This document shows positions 14,932 to 22,109 of a stretch of DNA of 32,000 nucleotides, piece after piece. The DNA is from Thermofilum pendens Hrk 5. GTDB taxonomy: Archaea; Thermoproteota; Thermoprotei; Thermofilales; Thermofilaceae. The notes under the pieces are model-generated. The model did no database searches. It was given only the letters and a program-made list of their open reading frames with translations, and had not been told where the DNA came from. Location: assembly GCF_000015225.1 (NCBI RefSeq), contig NC_008698.1, positions 930,001-962,000 on the forward strand, read 5' to 3'. Both the position numbers and the translations under genes were made by a program. Within the stretch, counting starts at the first letter, position 1; each line of letters opens with the position of its first letter.

Positions 14932-15810
14932 GTGGTGAAGGTAGTCGCGGTTACGGGCGGTAAGGGAGGGACGGGGAAGACGGTGGTGGCAGCCAGCCTG
15001 GCGAGGCTCCTGAGCGATGCCGGCGCGAGAACCCTCCTCGTCGACCTCGACGTGGAGAACCCCTGCTCCTACACCCTCCTGGGCGCCGAGCTCGGCTCAG
15101 CAGAGGAGGTAGCGCTTTTCAGCCCCGTGATCGTCGAGGAGAAGTGCACGTTGTGCGGAGCCTGCGCCTCCGCCTGCCCAGCTCACGCCCTCGTGTTAAT
15201 CCCGGGGAAGCGCCTCCTGTTCCTGGAGCCCCTATGCGAGTCCTGCGCCACGTGCCTCTACGCGTGCCCCGCCGGCGCGGTTGCGAGGGGGAGGAAGGTC
15301 GTCGGCTGGGTGAAGAAGGGGCGCGCGGGGGGCGTGGACCTCGTGGTGGGGGAGCTGAAGCCCGGTAGCAGGCAGCACCACGAGGTGATGGAGAGGACGC
15401 TGGACTACGCGTCGAGCACTTGGAACGGCTACGACGTAGCGGTCCTGGACCTACCGCCTGGATCCGGGAAGGGTATCCGCTCCGCGTTGAAGCGCGCCGA
15501 CCTAGCGCTCCTAGTCGCCGAGCCGACGCGGCTAAGCCTCGCCGACACTCGGAGGGTGCACAGCCTCGCCAGGGAGGCGGGCGTGAGAGAGGTCCTCGTC
15601 CTCAACAAGTACGGGCTTCCGGGCGGCGTGGACTCGGAGATAGAGGCCTTCGCAGCCAGCGAGGGGCTCGCGCTAGTGAAGGTCAGGTACGACTCGGCGC
15701 TCGCGGAGGCCTACGCGAGGGGAGAGCTCGTAGTCGGGAGCAAAGCCCCCTCGGCCGCCGACCTCGCGGAGCTGGCGAAAACGGTGGCGCAGCTCCTCGG
15801 GCTTCGGTAG
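14932..15810 (+). CDS. MinD/ParA-type P-loop ATPase with inserted 2x[4Fe-4S] ferredoxin domain (COG1149-like)
   Basis: 'VTGGKGGTGKTV' Walker A, 'CTLCGACASACP' and 'CESCATCLYACP', 'AVLDLPPGSG'. GTG start 3 nt after the upstream stop. Confidence 0.85.
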   Translation: MVKVVAVTGGKGGTGKTVVAASLARLLSDAGARTLLVDLDVENPCSYTLLGAELGSAEEVALFSPVIVEEKCTLCGACASACPAHALVLIPGKRLLFLEPLCESCATCLYACPAGAVARGRKVVGWVKKGRAGGVDLVVGELKPGSRQHHEVMERTLDYASSTWNGYDVAVLDLPPGSGKGIRSALKRADLALLVAEPTRLSLADTRRVHSLAREAGVREVLVLNKYGLPGGVDSEIEAFAASEGLALVKVRYDSALAEAYARGELVVGSKAPSAADLAELAKTVAQLLGLR

Positions 15811-15976
15811 GGTGCCCGCCTCTCTAAGTTTACGGCCTTTTAGCTCTTTAAGCGTCGGCGGTCCCTGCGGTGGGGATGCTTTCAATTCTATAGCGATGTA
15901 TCGCTGAAAGTTTCCCGTAAATATGGGGCAAATGTTTAAGAAGATTGCTAGGTATTGATTAATACGGTGATGCAAC

Positions 15977-16066
15977 GTGTCCTTCCTGAAGAAGCTCTTC
16001 AAGAAGGAGAAGAAGGAGGAGAAGAAAGAAGAAAAGAAGGAGGAGAAGCCTCAGGAGAAAAAGTGA
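15977..16066 (+). CDS. candidate 29-aa Lys/Glu-rich micro-ORF (MSFLKKLFKKEKKEEKKEEKKEEKPQEKK)
   Basis: Below the ORF-track size cut-off. GTG start 6 nt after GGTGA (15966-15970), TATA-like boxes 15-45 nt upstream, oligo-T tract right after the stop. The polypurine composition alone could generate such an ORF. Confidence 0.25.
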   Translation: MSFLKKLFKKEKKEEKKEEKKEEKPQEKK

Positions 16067-16078
16067 ACCAGTAGCAGG

Positions 16079-16096
16079 TTTTCTTTTTGCTTTTTT
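16079..16096 (+). terminator. oligo-T tract (TTTTCTTTTTGCTTTTTT)
   Basis: T4, T5 and T6 runs 13 nt after the micro-ORF stop and ahead of the next TATA-like box (TTTTAAG, 16129-16135). Archaeal termination commonly uses oligo-T. Confidence 0.3.
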
Positions 16097-16162
16097 ACGC
16101 GCGAGTAGCTTTTTCCTCTTGCGAAAGCTTTTAAGAAGAGGCTCACGGGTGGATAGTGGGAG

Positions 16163-16618
16163 ATGTTGCTGGAGGGTGTTAAGAGCAGGCTTTCCTCTCT
16201 GAGAGATCCCTGCGTAAAAGCTGTGCTCGTGTTTGGGTCTGTGGCTAGGGGTGAGCAGGGCGAGAGGAGCGACTTGGACTTGCTTGTCCTCCACGAGGGG
16301 TGCGCTATCGAAGACCCCGTCGCTAGGAGGAGGTATTTCTACGCCCTTCTGAGGGAGGCTGTGGGAGACCTCTTCGAGGATCTGACGGTGCTGGACATGG
16401 AGCTTAAGCGCTTCCTGGAGCCCGGGGAGGTTTCGCCTCTCCTCCTGAACGTGTACTGGGACGCCGTCGTGGTCTACGACGCTACGGGGCTCGTCGAGGG
16501 CTTCCTGAGGCGCGCGAGGGAGGGGATTGTGAGGAGTGGGTTGAGGAGGGTTAAGGACGGAAAGGCTTACCGCTGGATCCTCCCAAAGCCGGCGGGGGTG
16601 GTCAGGGTACTTGATTAA
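16163..16618 (+). CDS. minimal nucleotidyltransferase (MNT)
   Basis: 'AVLVFGSVARGEQGERSDLDLLVL' carries GS...DxD. TATA-like box 28-34 nt upstream of the ATG. Overlaps the downstream HEPN gene by 8 nt. Confidence 0.8.
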   Translation: MLLEGVKSRLSSLRDPCVKAVLVFGSVARGEQGERSDLDLLVLHEGCAIEDPVARRRYFYALLREAVGDLFEDLTVLDMELKRFLEPGEVSPLLLNVYWDAVVVYDATGLVEGFLRRAREGIVRSGLRRVKDGKAYRWILPKPAGVVRVLD

Positions 16619-17042
16619 CCCTGTAAGCGAGGTCAGGTATAGGTACAGGTTGGCGGTCGAGCACTTGGAGAGGGCGGAGAGGCTTTTCTCGCTCGGGGAC
16701 TGGGCAGGCGTCGTGGCGTACTCGCAGCTCGCTGTGGAGAACTTCGCTAAAGCCGTGGTAGCGGTGTTCGAGGTTCCAACGTGGAGCTACGACCCATCGA
16801 ACCAGCTGAGATCACTGCTCGACGCTGTCCCCCTGGAGGCGCGAAGGGAGGCCGAGGAGCTGGCAAACATAGCCCGGGACCTAGCCCCGGAGCACGGTAG
16901 AACTTCTTACGGGGAGCCTAGCGCGGGGCTCGTGCCCAGCGATATCTACAAGCGGGAGCACGCTGTCGAAGCGCTGGAGAAGGGGAGGAGGGCCAGGGAG
17001 CTTGCCGGAAAAGTGCTCGGCGCGATGGGCATCGCCCCTTAA
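16611..17042 (+). CDS. HEPN domain protein
   Basis: 143 aa, helical. 'RDLAPEH' fits Rx4-6H. TTG start overlaps the MNT stop. Gene order is reversed relative to the 11713-12448 pair. Confidence 0.7.
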   Translation: MINPVSEVRYRYRLAVEHLERAERLFSLGDWAGVVAYSQLAVENFAKAVVAVFEVPTWSYDPSNQLRSLLDAVPLEARREAEELANIARDLAPEHGRTSYGEPSAGLVPSDIYKREHAVEALEKGRRARELAGKVLGAMGIAP

Positions 17043-17088
17043 AGCTTCCTTGAAAAAGGTAATAAGGTCGTAATACGTTGGTGATACC

Positions 17089-18117
17089 ATGCGCCCACCG
17101 GTTTTAGCGGCGCTACTCGCGCTACTAGTTGTCTCCGCGTACGTGTCCGCGCAGACGCCTACCCCTATGACTATCAACGTCAACAGGGACCTCAAGGTTA
17201 TTGCTACATACCCGCTGGAGGTGAAGTACGGGAGCTGGGCTAGGCTCGTGCTAGACGTCACGGCCCTGAAGAACGTCACGGTGAACAAGCTCAGGGTGGT
17301 GATCGTCCTTGTCTACGAGAGCGGGGAGGCCGTGCTGGTGGACAGGGTTCTCCTCCAGGGCAAGCAGATGCCGGCCGGCTACGAGTACCAGGCAACCATC
17401 GAGTTCCAGGTGGCGGTGCCCCAGCCACCAGTCGAGCCTTTCCTCGAGCTCTACCTGGTGCTGGACTACTCGGTTAACGACACGGCGAGGTACTTCGAGT
17501 ACAAGGCCCCCATAGCCATGGCTCCCCGCGCGACTTACGGCGAGCTCTCGGCGGCCCTCGCCGAAGCGCAGAGGAAGGCCTACGAGGCGGACAGGCTGGC
17601 CGAGCAGGTTAGCCAGCTGTCGCAGAGGGTGAGGAGCCTCGAAATAGCCCTCGCGAACGAGAGCGGCAAGTGCTCGGCGCTAGGCGAGCAACTGAGGAGC
17701 GTGAGCTCCGAGTGGGGCGCGCTGAAGGAGAAGGCGGGCGCGCTGAAAGCGGAGAACGACGCTCTCAAGGCTAGGGTGTCCGAGCTGGAGTCCGAGAACG
17801 CTAGGTTGAGGAGCGAGCTTGCATCCCTGAAGGAGGAGAAGGGGAGCCTCGCCTCCAGGCTTACCAGCGTCCAGGAGAGCTACCAGTCCCTCCTAACGGA
17901 GCTGGGCTCCCTCAGGCAGAAGTACGAGTCCCTCTCCTTCGTCGCCTCCGCCCTCCAGGCGGCGCTCGTAGCCTTAGCCGCAGTCGCGGCGGTAGCCTTC
18001 CTCAAAGCCCCCAGAGTAGCGCGCGCCGTAAAGCAGCAATCGCCCACCGCGCAGCAATTGCCGCCACAGCAGGACCGGCGCGGGGAGGATTACCGGGAAG
18101 CCCCGCCGGCGCACTGA
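17089..18117 (+). CDS. secreted, C-terminally membrane-anchored coiled-coil protein
   Basis: Signal-peptide-like 'MRPPVLAALLALLVVSAYVSAQ', then ~130 aa of beta-rich sequence and ~125 aa of heptad-rich sequence (LAEQVSQLSQRVRSLE...LRQKYESL). TM helix 'FVASALQAALVALAAVAAVAFL' and a basic/Pro tail. GGTGA 6 nt upstream of the ATG. Confidence 0.65.
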   Translation: MRPPVLAALLALLVVSAYVSAQTPTPMTINVNRDLKVIATYPLEVKYGSWARLVLDVTALKNVTVNKLRVVIVLVYESGEAVLVDRVLLQGKQMPAGYEYQATIEFQVAVPQPPVEPFLELYLVLDYSVNDTARYFEYKAPIAMAPRATYGELSAALAEAQRKAYEADRLAEQVSQLSQRVRSLEIALANESGKCSALGEQLRSVSSEWGALKEKAGALKAENDALKARVSELESENARLRSELASLKEEKGSLASRLTSVQESYQSLLTELGSLRQKYESLSFVASALQAALVALAAVAAVAFLKAPRVARAVKQQSPTAQQLPPQQDRRGEDYREAPPAH

Positions 18118-18851
18118 GCCCCCGGTCTCCCGGAGCCGCGGTAGGAGCACAGGTCGCTGAGCGGGCACTCGGGGCACTTTGGCTTCCTGGTGCAGACGAG
18201 GGCTCCGAGGTCTATGAGCGCCAGGGAGATCTCCCTGGGGTTTCCGTGCCGCAGGAGCCTCTCCAGGAACGCCTCGGCCTCCTCTCGGGAGGAGGCGCCC
18301 GCCGCCCTGCCCAGCACTCTCTCGACGTTCGTGTCCACAACGGGTACCGGGGCTGAGTAGGCGAAGCAGAGGACAGCGGAGGCTATGTAGGGCCCAACGC
18401 CCTTGAGCTTGAGGAGCTCCTCCTTGCTGCGCGGCACGGAGCCGCCGTGCCTCTCCACGATCTCCCTCGCCGCCTCCCTGAGGGCGTCGGCGCGCCTCAC
18501 TAGGCCCAGCCTCGAGAAGAACTTCCTCAGCTCCTCGGGGTCCGCGTTAGCGAGGCTCTCGGGGGACGGGTACCTGGAGAAGAACTCTTCGAAGACCTTC
18601 GCGACAGTCTCCGCCCTCGTGCGCTGGAGCAGGAACTCCGTCGCGAGGATGACGTAGGGGTCCCTGGTGTGCCTCCACGGGAAGTCGCGCCCCCTCCTCC
18701 TGTACCACTCCGCTAGCCTACGGGCAACTTCCTCGAAGTACTCCTCCCCGCGGTAGCCCACGCTCGGGCACCGCGCCTCGACCTTAAAAGCCTTCCCTCG
18801 AACCCCGGGAGGAATTGAACTAAAATCCTTAAAAAGCCAAACCTTTCGCAT
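18090..18851 (-). CDS. HhH-GPD DNA glycosylase with 4Fe-4S cluster loop (MutY/Nth family)
   Basis: 'WRHTRDPYVILATEFLLQRT', 'LKLKGVGPYIASAVL', 'VDTNVERVLGR', and the cluster motif 'CTRKPKCPECPLSDLC' (Cx6Cx2Cx5C). The start may instead be GTG 18761 (see findings). Confidence 0.8.
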   Translation of the reverse strand: MRKVWLFKDFSSIPPGVRGKAFKVEARCPSVGYRGEEYFEEVARRLAEWYRRRGRDFPWRHTRDPYVILATEFLLQRTRAETVAKVFEEFFSRYPSPESLANADPEELRKFFSRLGLVRRADALREAAREIVERHGGSVPRSKEELLKLKGVGPYIASAVLCFAYSAPVPVVDTNVERVLGRAAGASSREEAEAFLERLLRHGNPREISLALIDLGALVCTRKPKCPECPLSDLCSYRGSGRPGAQCAGGASR

Positions 18852-18853
18852 CG

Positions 18854-19396
18854 ATGGGTGAACATCACATGTGGAACGTTGAGAACGCTATTAAGAGGAA
18901 TGCGAACGTGTACCACGTCTACATAGCCTGCATGATCGCGAAGTTCAGGGAGCTCGGGCTGGTGAACTACGGCGTGATAAAGGGCGCCGCGGAGGCTACC
19001 GGTAGGTGCACAGCCGACTACTTCCTGGCGCACGGGCTGAAGCCCTCGTCCGTCGAGGATGCAATCGTCGCCCTCAACGAGATCACGGGCTTCACGGACG
19101 AAGTCAAAGTCGACTACAGGGACGGCGTCCTCGAGGTGCGGATGCACAGGGATAGCTGTAGGATATGCCCGAGGATGGTGGGAGGGCTCGAGCTACCCGG
19201 CGCTGCTTGCCCGAACGTCGGCTACATAAAGGGCTTCGTCGAGGGCCTCGGGCTGGCGAAGCTGGAGGACTTCGCTAGAGAGAAGGGGGAGGAGCCCGTA
19301 ACCAAGGATGGAGAGTACTGCGTGATAAGGTACGTCGTGAAGGAGGCTAGCGCCCCCGTAAAGGAGGAGAAGGCTGTCGCCGCCCGGAGAGTCTAG
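18854..19396 (+). CDS. hypothetical protein with V4R-like Cys motif
   Basis: 180-aa ORF. 'DSCRICPRMVGGLELPGAACPNVGYIKGFVEGLG' resembles the conserved Cys/Gly region of V4R small-molecule-binding domains. Assignment is tentative. Confidence 0.5.
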   Translation: MGEHHMWNVENAIKRNANVYHVYIACMIAKFRELGLVNYGVIKGAAEATGRCTADYFLAHGLKPSSVEDAIVALNEITGFTDEVKVDYRDGVLEVRMHRDSCRICPRMVGGLELPGAACPNVGYIKGFVEGLGLAKLEDFAREKGEEPVTKDGEYCVIRYVVKEASAPVKEEKAVAARRV

Positions 19397-20307
19397 CCCT
19401 CAGCCCAGTCCGCCAGTTGCTTAAGGACCGGGGAGAGCTCGGCTTTTTCCTTCTTTTTCTTCAGCTTTCCTATTACGTCGAGCCTAGCTATGTCGGAGTG
19501 CGCTGGAACGTAGTAGTCTGCAACCCTGCCTACAAGGGTTGATAGGCTGTCTATACCCTTGAGCACCTCCTGGCTCGGCTTAGCTTTTCCCTCCTCCTTT
19601 CCCTCGGGGTTCCTGATACCCCTCTCTGCGAGCGCGGAGGCTTCCCGGGTACCTGTGTCTACCAGGTTGTAGACGGCGAGTATCTTCGAGTAGAACGCAC
19701 CGGTGCTTCCTCCAAGCCTGCCGGAGTGGTGCTGTGCGAGGTACCTTATCATCCTCAGCGTCCTCCTGAAGTCGACTATGCTTGGTCGTAGCACGACGGC
19801 GTACTTGTCGGAGGAGTAGAGGCTCAGCACAGTGTACCGCTCGTCGAAGAACGGGGCGCTGTCTACCACTACGTAGCGGAAGGAGGAGTAGACGCCTAGC
19901 TCTTCGAGGAGCCTCCGGAAGCTTTCCCCGGGGTTCCCGGGGCGCCACAGCTCCTCCACGACGCGCGGGAAGCTCTCGCCGGGTACGAGTACCTTGAAGT
20001 AGGAGTCCTTGAACGACGCCTCCCAGATGTACCTCTCGGGCTCGACCCTTCTACCCCTTTCGAAGAGGTCTTCGTAGGCGGCGCTCAGAGTCTTCCCCTC
20101 GTCCTCGGCCTTCGCGTAGTTTTCGTCGCCTAGCAGTAGGAGACTCAGCCCAGCGGTGGGGTCTAGGTCTACGAGTAGAATCTCCCTGGCGGGCACCCCC
20201 TTGACGTGCTGGAGGTACGCCGCGAAGAGCACTGAGAGCGTTGTCTTGCCGACTCCGCCGGAAGCCGATATGAATGCGAGCGTCCTCGACTGTTTAGCCG
20301 TACTCAT
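19393..20307 (-). CDS. ParA/MinD-family P-loop ATPase (module 2)
   Basis: 'AFISASGGVGKTTLSV' Walker A, 'ILLVDLDPTAGLS', 'YVVVDSAPFF'. ATG 20307 follows GAGGGGTGGA (track start GTG 20319). Overlaps the upstream 128-aa gene by 14 nt. Confidence 0.8.
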   Translation of the reverse strand: MSTAKQSRTLAFISASGGVGKTTLSVLFAAYLQHVKGVPAREILLVDLDPTAGLSLLLLGDENYAKAEDEGKTLSAAYEDLFERGRRVEPERYIWEASFKDSYFKVLVPGESFPRVVEELWRPGNPGESFRRLLEELGVYSSFRYVVVDSAPFFDERYTVLSLYSSDKYAVVLRPSIVDFRRTLRMIRYLAQHHSGRLGGSTGAFYSKILAVYNLVDTGTREASALAERGIRNPEGKEEGKAKPSQEVLKGIDSLSTLVGRVADYYVPAHSDIARLDVIGKLKKKKEKAELSPVLKQLADWAEG

Positions 20308-20680
20308 AGAGCGGTCCACCCCTCACGTACACTGCCACCTTGACGCCCGCAGCCGCGCCCATCTTCTTCAGGTTCTCCAGGTAGAGCGGGTCGGCGCTCC
20401 AGACGACGTGTAGTAGCAGGGGCTTCTCGACCCCGCCGATCACCTTCAAGGCTAGCGCCTGCCCGAAGCCTTCATAGAACCTCTTTGGGTAAAGCTTCAC
20501 CTCGGCGGCTTCCAGCCCGTCGTACAGGTCGGCTTCCACCCCGTTCAGCACCGCCTCGGACTCTGCGCCGAGGTAGGATGCGAGCACCCTGCAGAAAGAC
20601 TTCTCTCCCTCCACTCTCTTTAACAATTCTTCAAGAAAGCCGCTCTCGGCGGCATCTCTTATTTTTTCGAGGAGCGGCAT
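20294..20680 (-). CDS. small PD-(D/E)xK-like protein, paralog of 9720-10163
   Basis: This is the 3' 387 nt of track ORF 20294-21670; the remainder is antisense to surE. It starts at the internal ATG (cat at 20678-20680). 'VEADLYDGLEAAEVKLY' (EVK nt 20495-20503) and 'YEGFGQALAL' (nt 20447-20476) align with 'PDVDLL...GLEVKYF...YEGLGEALAL' of the 147-aa protein. Confidence 0.6.
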   Translation of the reverse strand: MPLLEKIRDAAESGFLEELLKRVEGEKSFCRVLASYLGAESEAVLNGVEADLYDGLEAAEVKLYPKRFYEGFGQALALKVIGGVEKPLLLHVVWSADPLYLENLKKMGAAAGVKVAVYVRGGPLYEYG

Positions 20681-20773
20681 GACCCTCGAAATAAAATCGA
20701 AAACAAAGATATACGTTTTACCGGGGCAACCGTCTGGAAAAGGTTTTTCTACCGAACCGGTGTTTTCACGCGT

Positions 20774-21556
20774 ATGAAGATCCTCGTAACGAACGACGAT
20801 GGGCCGTTTTCGCCCGGACTCGCGATACTCAGGGAGGCTGTGAGGGGCCTCGGAGAGGCGACGGTGGTTGTCCCCGAGACTCCCAAGTCTGCGACGGGGC
20901 TCGGGTTGACGCTTCACAAGCCGCTCAGGGTGAACAGGCTCTCGCTGGACGGGGAGCCTGTGTACCTCGTCTCCGGCACTCCGAGCGACGTTATCTACAT
21001 AGCGATGAACGTTATCTCCGGGAAGCCCGACCTCGTCGTGTCGGGGGTGAACATAGGGGACAACCTGAGCGTCCAGGTTATACTCACCTCGGGAACTCTC
21101 GGCGCAGTCCTCCAAGCGTCGATCGAGGGAGTCCCCGGGATAGCTTTCAGCGCCGCTGTCGACACGCCCGAGGAGCTGGAGGAGGGCGAGTACAGGAACT
21201 TCGTGCTCAGGTCTACGAAGGCGATAGTCAGGGCGGTGGTCGGCGAGGGCTTCCCGAAGGGGGTGGACGCGCTCAACGTGAACTTCCCCTCGGTCATAGC
21301 CAGCGACGTCGTCGTTGTGAGGCCCGCCCTGAAGAGGTTCTCCACGGCGGTTGTGAGGAGGAAGGACCCGCAGGGCCGCCCGTACTACTGGCTCTACGGG
21401 CACCCGGTCGAGGCGGAGGAGGGTAGCGACGTCCACGCCGTGCTGGAGGAGGGGAAGATAGCGATAACCCCGCTCAGCCTGTCCGGGATGCTCTCCTACA
21501 GCCCGGAGGCCCTCTCGGGGATCGTCAAGAAGGTGAAGGAGGAGCTCTCCAGGTGA
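20774..21556 (+). CDS. surE: 5'/3'-nucleotidase SurE
   Basis: 'MKILVTNDDGPFSPGL', 'DLVVSGVNIGDNL', 'SGTLGAV', full-length 260 aa. Confidence 0.9.
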   Translation: MKILVTNDDGPFSPGLAILREAVRGLGEATVVVPETPKSATGLGLTLHKPLRVNRLSLDGEPVYLVSGTPSDVIYIAMNVISGKPDLVVSGVNIGDNLSVQVILTSGTLGAVLQASIEGVPGIAFSAAVDTPEELEEGEYRNFVLRSTKAIVRAVVGEGFPKGVDALNVNFPSVIASDVVVVRPALKRFSTAVVRRKDPQGRPYYWLYGHPVEAEEGSDVHAVLEEGKIAITPLSLSGMLSYSPEALSGIVKKVKEELSR

Positions 21557-21560
21557 GCGC

Positions 21561-22109
21561 TTGGCGGCGAAGAACTTCCTGCTCACGGGGAGGCCGGGGA
21601 TCGGGAAGACTACCTGCGTCGTCAAGACGGCGGAGCTCCTGGTCTCCAGGGGCGTGAAGGTCGGCGGCATGGTGACTCACGAGGTCCGCGAGGGGGGCTC
21701 GAGGGTAGGCTTCAAGGTTCGGGACCTCCTCACGGGCAGGGAGGGCTTTCTCGCCAAGGTCGGCGCCGGCGCGGGGCCCCGGGTGGGCAAATACGTGGTG
21801 CACGTCGAGGAGCTGGAGGCGGTGGGAGTCGGCGCGATTCTGAGGGCGGTCTCCGAGGCTCAGGTCGTAGTCATCGACGAGATAGGCCCCATGGAGCTCT
21901 ACAGCCCCAGTTTCCTGCCCGCCGTGCTGAAAGCCCTCGACTCCGATAAGCCGGTGCTCGCGACTATCCACGAGAGGGAGTCCTCCTCGGGGAGGCTCAG
22001 GGGTATACTGGAGAGGGGCGACGTGAAGCTCTACACGGTCACGCTCCAGAACAGGGACCTCCTGCCGCCTCAGCTGGCCCGCGAGATAGCCTCCCTCGTG
22101 GCGCGCTAG
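21561..22109 (+). CDS. THEP1-type nucleoside triphosphatase (COG1618)
   Basis: 'LLTGRPGIGKTTCV' Walker A, 'VVVIDEIGPMEL' Walker B, ~180 aa. TTG start 5 nt after AGGTGA. Confidence 0.8.
   Translation: MAAKNFLLTGRPGIGKTTCVVKTAELLVSRGVKVGGMVTHEVREGGSRVGFKVRDLLTGREGFLAKVGAGAGPRVGKYVVHVEELEAVGVGAILRAVSEAQVVVIDEIGPMELYSPSFLPAVLKALDSDKPVLATIHERESSSGRLRGILERGDVKLYTVTLQNRDLLPPQLAREIASLVAR

Noticed and set aside
15892-15905. Short palindrome AGCGAT-GT-ATCGCT in the 15811-16162 intergenic region
   Set aside because: Only 6-bp arms and a single occurrence. This is too short to distinguish from chance.
15960-16000. C/D-box sRNA ('gtgatgc' ... 'ctga' 12 nt later)
   Set aside because: The C box is imperfect, there is no C'/D second half, and there is no terminal stem. 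The match is likely chance within a purine-rich region.
20681-21670. Upstream 330 codons of the 458-aa minus-strand track ORF 20294-21670
   Set aside because: It is antisense to a full-length, unmistakable surE gene. The translation is Arg/Pro/Gly/His-rich low-complexity sequence typical of a shadow ORF in high-GC DNA. Only the 3' 387 nt (from the internal ATG at 20680) look genuine.
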